A stretch of DNA of 64,000 nucleotides from Gammaproteobacteria bacterium (GTDB lineage: Bacteria; Pseudomonadota; Gammaproteobacteria; GCA-002705445; GCA-002716945), in NCBI GenBank assembly GCA_047611265.1, contig JBLFWM010000004.1, positions 4,771 through 68,770 on the forward strand, written 5' to 3'. A program made the position numbers and the translations under genes. This document shows, piece after piece, positions 19,332 through 29,094 of this stretch. The notes beneath the pieces were generated by a model. That model made no database searches and had not been told where the DNA came from. It was given only the letters and a program-made list of their open reading frames with translations. How positions within the stretch are numbered: position 1 is the stretch's first letter; every line of letters begins with the position of its first letter.

Positions 19332-20522
19332 ATGAATATTGCTATGAAAAATCTAAAACATTACCTGCTAACCCTATTTTTACTGTCTCAATTAAGTGTC
19401 ACAACAACTACTATTAAAGCTGATGAAACTGTGCCAGCACAGAATATAGCTCAATTCGTAGATGTATTTAAACGAATAAAAGAGCAATACGTAGAGGAAA
19501 TAGATGATGAGAAGCTCTTTAAGGCAGCTATTAAAGGCATGGTTTCAGGACTTGACCCGCATTCAGCCTTTCTTACAAATGATGACTTCAATGAGTTGAA
19601 AATTGGAACAACAGGAAAGTTTGGTGGCCTTGGTATTGAAATAACTACTGAAGATGGCTATGTAAAAGTAATAACTCCAATAGATGATACTCCTGCAGAA
19701 AGAGCTGGGATTTTAGCTGGTGACTTAATTGTTAAGGTTGGAGATGAATCTGTTAAAAACATGGAAATTGGTGATGCAGTAAAACTAATGAGAGGTGAGC
19801 CTGGGACAAAAATCCAAATTACTGTTCTAAGAAAAAAAGTAGATGAACCTTTAATATTTGATATCACACGACAAATAATTGTATCTAAGGGAATTAAATT
19901 TAAAGTTTTTGATAATATTGGCTATGTTAGACTTGCAAGCTTTCAATCAAATTCAACAAATGACCTAAAAAGTGCAATATATAAATTAAAAAAATTAAGT
20001 CCAACACCAATAGATGGTCTTATACTGGATTTACGTAATAACCCAGGCGGGGTACTAGGTGCTGCTGTAGGGATTACCGATCTATTTTTGCAAGAAGGAA
20101 AAATAGTTTATACAAATGGAAGGACAATGAATTCTAAGCTTGAATACTTTGCTACTCCTCAGGACATATTAAATGGTTTACCCTTGGTTATTATGATTAA
20201 TGGGGGTTCTGCATCTGCTTCAGAAATTGTGGCAGGCGCTCTTCAAGATAATAAAAGAGCAACAATAGTTGGGAATAAGTCCTACGGCAAAGCTTCTGTT
20301 CAAACTATTCAAGAATTATCAGATGGCTCTGCTCTTAAATTAACTACGGCTCGCTACTATACTCCTTTAGGTAGAGATATTCATACATTAGGAATAACTC
20401 CAGACATTATTGTTGAATATGAAAAAGATAAATTAGTTGAATTACCTGACCCATATAATGCAGATAACCAGTTATTTGAAACTATTAAAATAGCTACAGG
20501 GATGAAAGCTGTTTCTCAATAA
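19332..20522 (+). CDS. ctpA: carboxy-terminal processing protease (S41 family)
   Basis: Signal peptide, PDZ domain, S41 catalytic region (NGGSASASEIVAGAL... K). Confidence 0.85.
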   Translation: MNIAMKNLKHYLLTLFLLSQLSVTTTTIKADETVPAQNIAQFVDVFKRIKEQYVEEIDDEKLFKAAIKGMVSGLDPHSAFLTNDDFNELKIGTTGKFGGLGIEITTEDGYVKVITPIDDTPAERAGILAGDLIVKVGDESVKNMEIGDAVKLMRGEPGTKIQITVLRKKVDEPLIFDITRQIIVSKGIKFKVFDNIGYVRLASFQSNSTNDLKSAIYKLKKLSPTPIDGLILDLRNNPGGVLGAAVGITDLFLQEGKIVYTNGRTMNSKLEYFATPQDILNGLPLVIMINGGSASASEIVAGALQDNKRATIVGNKSYGKASVQTIQELSDGSALKLTTARYYTPLGRDIHTLGITPDIIVEYEKDKLVELPDPYNADNQLFETIKIATGMKAVSQ

Positions 20523-20537
20523 ACTATAAGATATAAA

Positions 20538-21545
20538 ATGTTGGAAATTATTAAGTTAATATCGGTTTTACTGACATTTTTATTCATCACTGGATGTTCT
20601 AATACGAAAATAAATCCATGTAATGGCGACACGAAAGTTTACTCCAACATAAGCATGGAGACAGATAAAAAGATATGTTTCAAATCTATAGACAGTTATG
20701 ATTTAAATTATAAGAATAAACCTGAAATAATAATCTATGGGAATCTTATTTTTCCTAAAACTAAAAAAGATAAATACAATGCTGTTATATTATCTCATGG
20801 TTCTGGAGGCTTAAGAAAATACCATGACCGTTATGTAGATCTATTGACTAACAATGGATATGTTGTTTTTCAAATTGACCATTATCTTGGTAGAGATATA
20901 AAGTATGATAAAACTTTTTCTAAAGTGTCTGGAATAACTTTTATGAATGATTCGTTCAAGGCTCTTGAATTAATTAAAACTCATCCAAAAATTAATAAAG
21001 TTGCTTATATTGGCTGGTCTCAAGGTGGAGTAGGCCCAATACTATCTCACTTTAGCCAAGTTACAGATCTTATCAATAGTAGTATGAGCTTATTTGATGC
21101 CAGTGTTGCGATTTACCCATACTGTGGGTTCACATTCAATAAATTAACTAAAACAAATAATCCTTTATTAATATTAACTGGGCGCGATGATGATTTAACG
21201 CCAGAGCAGGCATGTATTAATATTTATAAAAAGTTTTCTACAAACGAAAAGAAAATTAAGCATATTTCTTTAGAGGGTGCTAGACATGGTTATGATAACC
21301 CTTTTTTATTTTTTGGGTTTACATTTGATAAGCTCCCAAGTCTACATATTATTAACGATGAATGTACCTTAACAATATCTAATATTGGAGAAATGAAAAC
21401 AATCTCTAATAAGAAAATTTCAGGACCCAAAGAATCAGCTAAATTATTAGATAAGTGTTCAACCAAAGGCGTGTCTGTAAAATATAGTCCATATGCTACT
21501 GAAAAAACATATATTGAAATAATAGAATTTTTAAAGAGAATTTAA
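20538..21545 (+). CDS. lipoprotein, alpha/beta-hydrolase (dienelactone hydrolase-like)
   Basis: Lipobox FITGCSN, nucleophile elbow GWSQGG, HGSGG oxyanion region. Confidence 0.5.
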   Translation: MLEIIKLISVLLTFLFITGCSNTKINPCNGDTKVYSNISMETDKKICFKSIDSYDLNYKNKPEIIIYGNLIFPKTKKDKYNAVILSHGSGGLRKYHDRYVDLLTNNGYVVFQIDHYLGRDIKYDKTFSKVSGITFMNDSFKALELIKTHPKINKVAYIGWSQGGVGPILSHFSQVTDLINSSMSLFDASVAIYPYCGFTFNKLTKTNNPLLILTGRDDDLTPEQACINIYKKFSTNEKKIKHISLEGARHGYDNPFLFFGFTFDKLPSLHIINDECTLTISNIGEMKTISNKKISGPKESAKLLDKCSTKGVSVKYSPYATEKTYIEIIEFLKRI

Positions 21546-21574
21546 AAATAAAACAAGCGAGGTGATGAAAGAAA

Positions 21575-21910
21575 ATGAAAACAAGCTCTGCAAAACAAAA
21601 GGGTAGGAAATTACAACAATGGATGAGAGACCTTCTCATTAAAAAACTAGATGTACATCCTGAAGATATTGAATCTAGAAGCATGGGTTCTCAAGGCGAA
21701 GACTTAATTATGGCCAGAGCTGCAAGAGAAAAATTTCCATTGTCAATCGAATGTAAAAATCAAGAATCAGTTAATGTTTGGAAATCTTATGAACAGGCTG
21801 CTGAGAACTCTGGTGAATACGAACCTGTAGTGGTAATTAAAAGAAATAAATCAAAACCCCTGGTAGTTATTGACGCAGAATATTTCGTTTCAATATTCAA
21901 AAAAGTATAA
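21575..21910 (+). CDS. small PD-(D/E)xK nuclease-fold protein resembling archaeal Hjc Holliday-junction resolvase
   Basis: 111 aa. Pattern KGRKLQQWMRDLL...GSQGEDLI...SIECKN...GEYEPVVVIK parallels Hjc (kG..ER.l..L...G...SG...DLva...IEvK...g.iPvlavk), giving candidate catalytic E/D/E-x-K residues. Confidence 0.4.
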   Translation: MKTSSAKQKGRKLQQWMRDLLIKKLDVHPEDIESRSMGSQGEDLIMARAAREKFPLSIECKNQESVNVWKSYEQAAENSGEYEPVVVIKRNKSKPLVVIDAEYFVSIFKKV

Positions 21911-21942
21911 ATACTAATTATGTGAAAAGCAGATAGATTGTT

Positions 21943-22380
21943 TTAATCACTATAATCTTTCAACATTTTTTGTATTTCAATGCTATGGATTTCCTCGGCC
22001 TTAATCATTTCTCTCCCATACTCTTCTAGGTAAATACTTTCACTATTAACCGCACTGACAAGCTCTTTATACAATAATACTGCATTTTTTTCATGTGCAG
22101 CACTTTCTCGGAGAAGATCTATGGAGCTATGTTTGTTAGATTCTTCGATTATAGATATTTCCAGAGATGGGTGTCCATCTAACCCAGTTACTAACTCACC
22201 AGCCTGCTGAGCATGTAATAATGATTCTGTTGCTTGTTCTTTAAAAAATTGAGTGAGGCTCAAACGATCTCTTCCGGTGACCATCAATGCATAATGCGTA
22301 TATCTAACTACACCTGAAAGCTCATACCTCATAATTTCATTTAAGATATCAATAATTTTGTCTTTATTTTTTATACTCAT
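21943..22380 (-). CDS. bfr: bacterioferritin-like ferritin-family protein
   Basis: Four-helix ferritin-like sequence with ferroxidase ligands at Bfr-equivalent positions (E in RYELSG, ESLLH, HEKNA, EEIH). The heme-ligand Met is apparently replaced by Ser. Confidence 0.65.
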   Translation of the reverse strand: MSIKNKDKIIDILNEIMRYELSGVVRYTHYALMVTGRDRLSLTQFFKEQATESLLHAQQAGELVTGLDGHPSLEISIIEESNKHSSIDLLRESAAHEKNAVLLYKELVSAVNSESIYLEEYGREMIKAEEIHSIEIQKMLKDYSD

Positions 22381-22443
22381 ATAAAGATAATAACAAGAAC
22401 TATAAAGTTAGTAAAATTAAAAAAATAATCATATACTATTTAT

Positions 22444-22812
22444 ATGCAAAAAATAACAAATAAGTTAATACTGCTTGCTACTTTATATAGCTTTCCTCTA
22501 ATCATTATTGCAGACACAATATCTAGACCTAACTCTAATAATAAATCAGGGATTACTAAAAAAACAGAAGAGCAAAAAGAAAATTCATTTATAAATAGAG
22601 TAATTAAAGGAAAATTAGATATTCCCTCTTTTCAAAAAAATAAAGATTTAGATCAGATAAAATCTGATATTATAGAGCTTAAGAAAGAAGCAAGCTCTAA
22701 TGAAAAAATTTTAACCCAAATTAAAATGCTTTCAGACTTAAAAAATGAGGGCATATTAACTGAAAGTGAATTTAATAATAAAAAGAAAGTATTGTTAAAT
22801 AAAATAAAGTAA
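22444..22812 (+). CDS. secreted protein with C-terminal SHOCT domain
   Basis: Signal peptide. C-terminal LKNEGILTESEFNNKKKVLL matches the SHOCT motif. Confidence 0.45.
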   Translation: MQKITNKLILLATLYSFPLIIIADTISRPNSNNKSGITKKTEEQKENSFINRVIKGKLDIPSFQKNKDLDQIKSDIIELKKEASSNEKILTQIKMLSDLKNEGILTESEFNNKKKVLLNKIK

Positions 22813-22819
22813 TAAAATT

Positions 22820-23362
22820 ATGAATAATAGATTAATAACCCAACTCAAAGATAATTTAAGAGTGATTCCTAACTTTCCAAAAAAAGGAATTATGTTTCAA
22901 GATATATTTTCACTAATTGAAAATCCTATTCTACTGAAAAAAATTATCAGTGAGATTACAAAAGTAATAAAAAAAGAAAAAATAACAAAAATAATTGGTA
23001 TTGATGCTCGAGGATTTATTTTTGGCTCAATTGTCTCCTATAATAACAATATACCTTTTATTCCTGTGAGGAAAAAAGGCAAGCTTCCAGGACATGTATA
23101 CAAAAAGAAATATAAGCTAGAGTATGGTTTTGATCAAGTAGAGATTCAAAAAAACAGTATATTAAAAAATGATAAAGTTTTAATTGTTGATGATTTGATT
23201 GCTACAGGAGGCACGGCAATTGCTGCGGCTAAACTAGTAGAGAATATGACAACAAAGAAAATAAAATTTATGTTTGTTATAGACCTCTATAATCTAGATG
23301 GTGCTAAATCTCTAAAAAATAAAGGGTATAAAGTTTTTAGTATAATGAAAGCCGAAGGTTAA
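22820..23362 (+). CDS. apt: adenine phosphoribosyltransferase
   Basis: PRPP-binding motif VLIVDDLIATGGTAIAA. 180 aa. Confidence 0.85.
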   Translation: MNNRLITQLKDNLRVIPNFPKKGIMFQDIFSLIENPILLKKIISEITKVIKKEKITKIIGIDARGFIFGSIVSYNNNIPFIPVRKKGKLPGHVYKKKYKLEYGFDQVEIQKNSILKNDKVLIVDDLIATGGTAIAAAKLVENMTTKKIKFMFVIDLYNLDGAKSLKNKGYKVFSIMKAEG

Positions 23363-23363
23363 T

Positions 23364-24248
23364 ATGTCAAATAAAAAACTAGGTGTCATTGGTGGAAGTG
23401 GACTATATGAAATAGATGGGTCTTCTGAGTCTAAATGGGAGACCATTACAACACCGTGGGGAAATCCCTCTGATCAGATATTAACTTTGAAATTTGATAA
23501 TCAAGAAGTTTGTTTTATCCCAAGACATGGAAGAGGTCATGTAATTTCGCCATCAAATATTAATTTTAGAGCTAATATAGATGCGTTAAAACAAAAAGGG
23601 GTTACCGATATAATATCTATATCAGCCGTAGGTTCACTTAAAGAAGAATTACCGCCAGGAAAATTTGTTTTAATAGATCAGTTTATAGATAGAACCTTTG
23701 CTAGAACTAAAACATTTTTTGATGATGAGATTGTAGCTCATGTTTCCATGGCTCAACCAACAAGTACAAACCTAATTGAATTATGTGGGTCAGCTTTGAA
23801 TAAATTAGAGGTAGATTATCAAAAAGGAGGAACCTATTTAGCAATGGAAGGACCACAGTTTTCAAGCCGGGCAGAATCAAACCTATATCGGCAATGGGAC
23901 ATAGATGTCATAGGTATGACCAATATGCCTGAGGCTAAATTAGCAAAAGAGGCAGAAATAAGATATTGTACTGTTGCCATGGTGACAGACTTTGATTGTT
24001 GGCATCCTAATCATGATCATGTAGACATAGACATGATAATTAAAGTATTAACAGATAATGCTGGCAAAGCAAAAGATATGCTTAAAGATATAATACAAAA
24101 TTTTGAATTTACTTTGGATAAAAATGATAACACCCATATGTGCCTTGATACAGCTATAATTACTGACCCAACTATGATGACAAAAAAAACTAAAAATAAA
24201 TTAAAAACAATTGCAGGCAGAGTGCTATTTCCAAATAATGAAAATTAA
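23364..24248 (+). CDS. mtnP: S-methyl-5'-thioadenosine phosphorylase
   Basis: PNP/MTAP family (GVIGGSGLY... phosphate-binding region). Adjacent to mtnA. Confidence 0.8.
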   Translation: MSNKKLGVIGGSGLYEIDGSSESKWETITTPWGNPSDQILTLKFDNQEVCFIPRHGRGHVISPSNINFRANIDALKQKGVTDIISISAVGSLKEELPPGKFVLIDQFIDRTFARTKTFFDDEIVAHVSMAQPTSTNLIELCGSALNKLEVDYQKGGTYLAMEGPQFSSRAESNLYRQWDIDVIGMTNMPEAKLAKEAEIRYCTVAMVTDFDCWHPNHDHVDIDMIIKVLTDNAGKAKDMLKDIIQNFEFTLDKNDNTHMCLDTAIITDPTMMTKKTKNKLKTIAGRVLFPNNEN

Positions 24249-25320
24249 TGACAAGAGTTATAAAACTATATGGTTCAATGAAACAGATAAATCTGTTGAA
24301 ATTATAGACCAAACTAAATTACCACATTCTCTTAATATTATATCTTTAAAAAATTTAACTGATGTAATCATAGCTATTAAAACCATGCAAGTTAGGGGCG
24401 CTCCTTTAATAGGTGGGGCAGCAGCTTATGGGATAGTATTGGCAATGAAGGAAGATCCTACAGATGATAATTTAACCAATGCCTCAAAAAAGCTAATTGA
24501 ATCTAGACCAACTGCTGTTAATTTAAAGTCATCTATAGTGATCATGAATAATGAGCTGAAAGAGCTGCCTAAACAAGAACGTTTTGAAGCATCATTAGCT
24601 TTAGCCAAATATATTTGTCTTGAAGATGAGAAATGTTGTGAGCTAATTGGGCTTCATGGGAAAAAAATAATTTCAGATTTTATAGAGAACAATGATCTTG
24701 AAGAAATAAATATTCTTACACATTGTAATGCTGGGTGGCTAGCCACAATTGATTGGGGCACTGCTACATCGCCAATATATCATGCAATTAAAGATGGTAT
24801 TAAAGTACATGTTTGGGTAGATGAAACTAGGCCAAGGAACCAAGGAGCATCTTTGACTTCATATGAATTAACAAATGAAGGGGTAGCTAATACAATTATA
24901 TCAGATAATGCCGGAGGCTTACTCATGAGGGAAGGTAAAGTTGATATGTGCATAACAGGCACTGATAGAGTTTTATCTAATGGAGATATAATAAATAAAA
25001 TAGGAACATACTTAAAAGCACTAGCTGCTTTTGATAACAATATTCCATTCTATGTTGCCCTCCCAGGGACAACAATTGACTATGAACATAATAAAGTTAC
25101 AAAAAATATGATTGAATATAGATCTCCAGAAGAATTAACGCATGTAGATGGGATAGACAATAAAGGTAATTTAAAGAAAGTAAGGATATTTCCAAAAGAC
25201 TGTAATGTATTAAATCCAGCTTTTGACATTACTCCTGGAAAACTTATAACCGGACTAATTACTGAAAAAGGTATTTTTGAAAGCACTACTAATGGTTTAA
25301 TAAGGTATCGTTCTGAATAA
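24238..25320 (+). CDS. mtnA: S-methyl-5-thioribose-1-phosphate isomerase
   Basis: eIF-2B alpha/beta/delta-like MtnA sequence. Start at the ATG at 24238, overlapping the mtnP stop. Confidence 0.85.
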   Translation: MKINDKSYKTIWFNETDKSVEIIDQTKLPHSLNIISLKNLTDVIIAIKTMQVRGAPLIGGAAAYGIVLAMKEDPTDDNLTNASKKLIESRPTAVNLKSSIVIMNNELKELPKQERFEASLALAKYICLEDEKCCELIGLHGKKIISDFIENNDLEEINILTHCNAGWLATIDWGTATSPIYHAIKDGIKVHVWVDETRPRNQGASLTSYELTNEGVANTIISDNAGGLLMREGKVDMCITGTDRVLSNGDIINKIGTYLKALAAFDNNIPFYVALPGTTIDYEHNKVTKNMIEYRSPEELTHVDGIDNKGNLKKVRIFPKDCNVLNPAFDITPGKLITGLITEKGIFESTTNGLIRYRSE

Positions 25321-25354
25321 GCTATGATTTTTTCTCATGAGATAGACTAATTAA

Positions 25355-27379
25355 TTATCTCATTGAAGCAGCTATATTTCCTCCGTCAACAGTCAAGACA
25401 GCGCCGGTTGATTTTTGTGAAAGAGCTAGATGGAGAAAAGCTAATGCAACATCATATGCAGTTACTTCATCCAAAAGAAGATTACCTTTCATGTAATCAT
25501 CTATGGAAACTTGTCTAGCTTTAGCTCTAGTTTTTATCATTGATAAATTTAGTATGCCGCTTTTAATTCTATCCGCATTCACACCATTTGACCTAATACC
25601 AAATTTTCCATAATCTAGGGCATATTGTTTACATAAACCAAGAAGAGCAGTTTTAGGTAATCCATAAGATCCAAAATTAAGCCCTGGATTAACTGACTGC
25701 TTAGAAATATTAAAGAGCAAACACCCTTGAGATTTTTGATGGAGCATTACTTTAACTGCTTCAGAAGCACATATTTGATGAGAGAAAAAATTATCATCAA
25801 AAGATTTTTTTAAATTTACATCTGATATGTCAGCTATAGGTCCACTAGATACAGATCCAGCATTAGAAACTAAAATATCTATACCCCCAAAAGTCTCACA
25901 GATTTCTTTATACGCATTGCCAACACTCTTACGATTTGTTACATCTGCAAACAAACATAGATCTGGAATATGTAATTGAGTCTCTTTAATTTTACTCTTG
26001 TCATAATCAAGTAATACTACTTCAGCGCCTTGTTGTTTAAATATTTTATATGTTTCAAATCCTATAGTGCCCAGGCTCCCAGTAATAACAACGACTTTAC
26101 CCTGTAATGATTTTTTAGACTTATTAACTTTAGCTTGTTCTAGAGACCAATATTCAATATCAAAAATATCTTTTTCTTTGATGGTTTGGTAAACAGAAGT
26201 TTCTTGAACAGATGCAATAACTCTAGCATTAGTTTCTGCCACATCTCCAGCTATCAATGATGCATTATAGCTATTCCCAACACTAAACATTCCTACACCT
26301 GTTACATAAATAATTCTAGGATAAGGGTCTAACATGGTTAAATTTTTTCCCTTACTATATTTTTTATAATAAGTTATATATTCAGATTTATATTTAGTCA
26401 CAGCTCTCTTGGCTTTAATTCTAAATGTATTAATATCATCATTAGAAGTAAGCTCTACGATTAAAGGATATGGCTTAATTCGAATAACATGGTCTGGGGT
26501 CACCGTGCCTAGATGTGAGTATTTATTAACATCAACACCATTCATAAAATATTTAATATCTTTGTTAACTCTGTAATTAATAATAAATGAATTATCTTTT
26601 TCAGTTAATAAACCCCTAAGGACAGGTGCAATTTCAGATGGATTGAGTCTAGTTTTTGATAATTTGATTTGTTTTATTTTTTTATTTTTCATTTTCTTGA
26701 TCGCTAATTCGGCAAGAGTGACATTTTTTATCATTAGATCATAAGCTTCTTTGCCGCTATTGCTAAATGTAAATATTCCATGGTTAAGAAGTATTAAACA
26801 GTTTACCTCAGGATTCTTTTGATAAATCTCAAAAACCTTTTTAGCTAATAAAAATCCTGGCATAATATATGGTACATAGCCAACCTCAGGACCAAATATT
26901 TTTTTACATACCTTTAGGGCGTTCGGTCTATTTGTAATATCTAATATTGCATCTGCATGCGTATGATCTACAAATTTATGTGGGAGAAAAGCATGAAGAA
27001 AAGTTTCTACAGATGGATTTGGTGATTTTATATTTAATAAATTTCTCTTTTGAAAACTAACCATATCCTCATCTGATAGCTTATTTTTACTAATCATACT
27101 TAATAAAGGGTCTAACTTCACTGCTGGTAAACCTTCTGGCTCTATATCACCCATGTCCCACCCACTACCTTTTACACAGAGGACTTTATAAGTTTTGGAA
27201 TCTATGTCTTTTGCCTCAGTCTTTACAGATGTATTTCCTCCTCCATGGAGAACTAGCTTTTTATTTTGTCCCAATAACTGAGTTGTATAAACTCTGAGGG
27301 CTAAATCTTCTGTATGGCCTCGTGAAGTATATTTTTTAATAAACTGTTTTGCGGTTTGTTCTGACCAATTATTTTTCAT
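25355..27379 (-). CDS. bifunctional class II aldolase (N-terminal) / short-chain dehydrogenase (C-terminal) fusion, YuxG/RhaEW family
   Basis: N-terminal LVLHGGGNTSVK...VKGSGWDMGDIEPEGLPAVKL signature of the rhamnulose-1-P-aldolase/SDR family. C-terminal SDR with TGSLGTIG Rossmann motif and YGLPK catalytic Y-x3-K. Confidence 0.8.
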   Translation of the reverse strand: MKNNWSEQTAKQFIKKYTSRGHTEDLALRVYTTQLLGQNKKLVLHGGGNTSVKTEAKDIDSKTYKVLCVKGSGWDMGDIEPEGLPAVKLDPLLSMISKNKLSDEDMVSFQKRNLLNIKSPNPSVETFLHAFLPHKFVDHTHADAILDITNRPNALKVCKKIFGPEVGYVPYIMPGFLLAKKVFEIYQKNPEVNCLILLNHGIFTFSNSGKEAYDLMIKNVTLAELAIKKMKNKKIKQIKLSKTRLNPSEIAPVLRGLLTEKDNSFIINYRVNKDIKYFMNGVDVNKYSHLGTVTPDHVIRIKPYPLIVELTSNDDINTFRIKAKRAVTKYKSEYITYYKKYSKGKNLTMLDPYPRIIYVTGVGMFSVGNSYNASLIAGDVAETNARVIASVQETSVYQTIKEKDIFDIEYWSLEQAKVNKSKKSLQGKVVVITGSLGTIGFETYKIFKQQGAEVVLLDYDKSKIKETQLHIPDLCLFADVTNRKSVGNAYKEICETFGGIDILVSNAGSVSSGPIADISDVNLKKSFDDNFFSHQICASEAVKVMLHQKSQGCLLFNISKQSVNPGLNFGSYGLPKTALLGLCKQYALDYGKFGIRSNGVNADRIKSGILNLSMIKTRAKARQVSIDDYMKGNLLLDEVTAYDVALAFLHLALSQKSTGAVLTVDGGNIAASMR

Positions 27380-27441
27380 ATCATGACCTTAAAAAACTAT
27401 ACTTTACCCTATATAGAGATATTATGAAAGAAACAAGAAAG

Positions 27442-28440
27442 CTATGCTTTTTGCAATTTTGCCCAGAGTTTATCTCTCTGATATGTATGGGCATTACAAT
27501 CTTTGCAACTGCCAATTGACTGGTAATCAAGTCTTAGTTGTTTATTTCTATACTCATTAATTACATCACCTTGCCATATATCTTGCAAAGATAATTTTTT
27601 AATATCACCAACTTGCTCATTTAGCTCATGATCTAGACAACAAAGACCAACCCTGCCATCAGCTCCAATTACCATTTCTTCCCAGGGGTGTGTACATGCA
27701 AAATCAAATTTTTCATTTTGACTTTCTTTTAGCTTGTCTTGGTGTTTTGCTTTTTTATGAGAGTCATCATAATTTAATTCATCTTGAGTTCCGCCCCAAG
27801 TATTATAATGATTAACATCTACCTTATCTGCAAAATTTTTCCAGTATTCAACAAATTTTTCAACTTCATTCTTGGTTGGCTTCATATCTATAATAGTGAC
27901 TCTAGTCTGAGGATATTTTTTATTTAATGATTTTTTATATTTTAAAAAATATTTAACATTAGTAGTAACTACATCAAAATCAAGTTTTACTCTTATTCCT
28001 TCAAAAGTAGATTTGGTTAGCCCGTCAATATCAAAATTAATAACATCCAATAAATCTTCATCAAGTAATATTCTTGATCTCTTCTCTCCAAGCAGCTGAG
28101 CATTAGTAGATAAGTATAATTTAACTTTTGGCAGTTCTTTTCTAATAATTCTTATCTTCTCAATCATTTTTTTATCGACAGTAGAATCACCCATCCAAAA
28201 GAGATTAATTTTCTTTAATGGTTTTTTTTTGCAATCACTTATAATCTTATTTAAGATCTCAAAGGACATATTCTCTTTTTTCCTATCCATTTCTGGTTGT
28301 GGGCACATTATACATTTTGCGTTACACGCACTGGTAAATTCTATGGAAAGTATTTTAGGGAAAACTTCTTTATGTTTTCTTATGGTATTGAATAATTTCT
28401 TTTTAAAGAATTTTGTAATATTACTTTTTATATCTATCAT
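27442..28440 (-). CDS. radical SAM protein with Cys-rich C-terminal (SPASM/twitch-like) region
   Basis: CNAKCIMC (CxxxCxxC) cluster at residues about 39-46. Additional Cys pairs near the C-terminus (GLCCLD, SCKDC). Confidence 0.7.
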   Translation of the reverse strand: MIDIKSNITKFFKKKLFNTIRKHKEVFPKILSIEFTSACNAKCIMCPQPEMDRKKENMSFEILNKIISDCKKKPLKKINLFWMGDSTVDKKMIEKIRIIRKELPKVKLYLSTNAQLLGEKRSRILLDEDLLDVINFDIDGLTKSTFEGIRVKLDFDVVTTNVKYFLKYKKSLNKKYPQTRVTIIDMKPTKNEVEKFVEYWKNFADKVDVNHYNTWGGTQDELNYDDSHKKAKHQDKLKESQNEKFDFACTHPWEEMVIGADGRVGLCCLDHELNEQVGDIKKLSLQDIWQGDVINEYRNKQLRLDYQSIGSCKDCNAHTYQRDKLWAKLQKA

Positions 28441-28512
28441 AAATAATGTTCAAAGTTTACAATAGTGTAACAGTACGAATGAAGCAGTGTCTATCTATTT
28501 GAGCAGTATATT

Positions 28513-29094
28513 ATGTGTGGAAGATTCACCCTTACCAAAAAAGAAGAAGTAAAAAATATTTATAATATTGATATCCAGCCAAACTTTAATGTGGCACCTA
28601 CATCTGATGTATTAGTGCTGATCAAGAATTCATTATCTGGTCTAGTATTGCCTAACCTTGTAAAATGGGAATACTCGCCTAGTTGGGCTAAAAAACCAAT
28701 GCATATTTTTAATGCTAGATCTGAAACTATGCATGAAAAGCCATCATTTAAAGAAGCCATGAGATGTACCTTCATAGTTGACGGGTGGTACGAATGGCTT
28801 AGAGAGGATAATAAAAAAATTCCCTACTATCATAGTTTAGGAAATAATATTTTCCACTTAGGTGGGATATATAATAAAAATGGATGCGCTATTGTCACAA
28901 AAGAATCAATAGGGAAACTCAAAGAGGTACACCACAGACAACCTGTTTTACTAGATCATAATGAAGTTGAGCCATGGCTCTCGGGGAATAATATATTTGA
29001 CAGTAAAATAACAAATAATATATCGCTACATGAAGTTAGCACGTATATGAATTCAGTAAAGAATAATGATGGAAAATGTATTGAAAGAATTTAA
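28513..29094 (+). CDS. yedK: SOS-response-associated peptidase (SRAP/YedK), abasic-site processing protein
   Basis: N-terminal MCGRF with catalytic Cys2, and a conserved SRAP fold sequence. Confidence 0.8.
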   Translation: MCGRFTLTKKEEVKNIYNIDIQPNFNVAPTSDVLVLIKNSLSGLVLPNLVKWEYSPSWAKKPMHIFNARSETMHEKPSFKEAMRCTFIVDGWYEWLREDNKKIPYYHSLGNNIFHLGGIYNKNGCAIVTKESIGKLKEVHHRQPVLLDHNEVEPWLSGNNIFDSKITNNISLHEVSTYMNSVKNNDGKCIERI

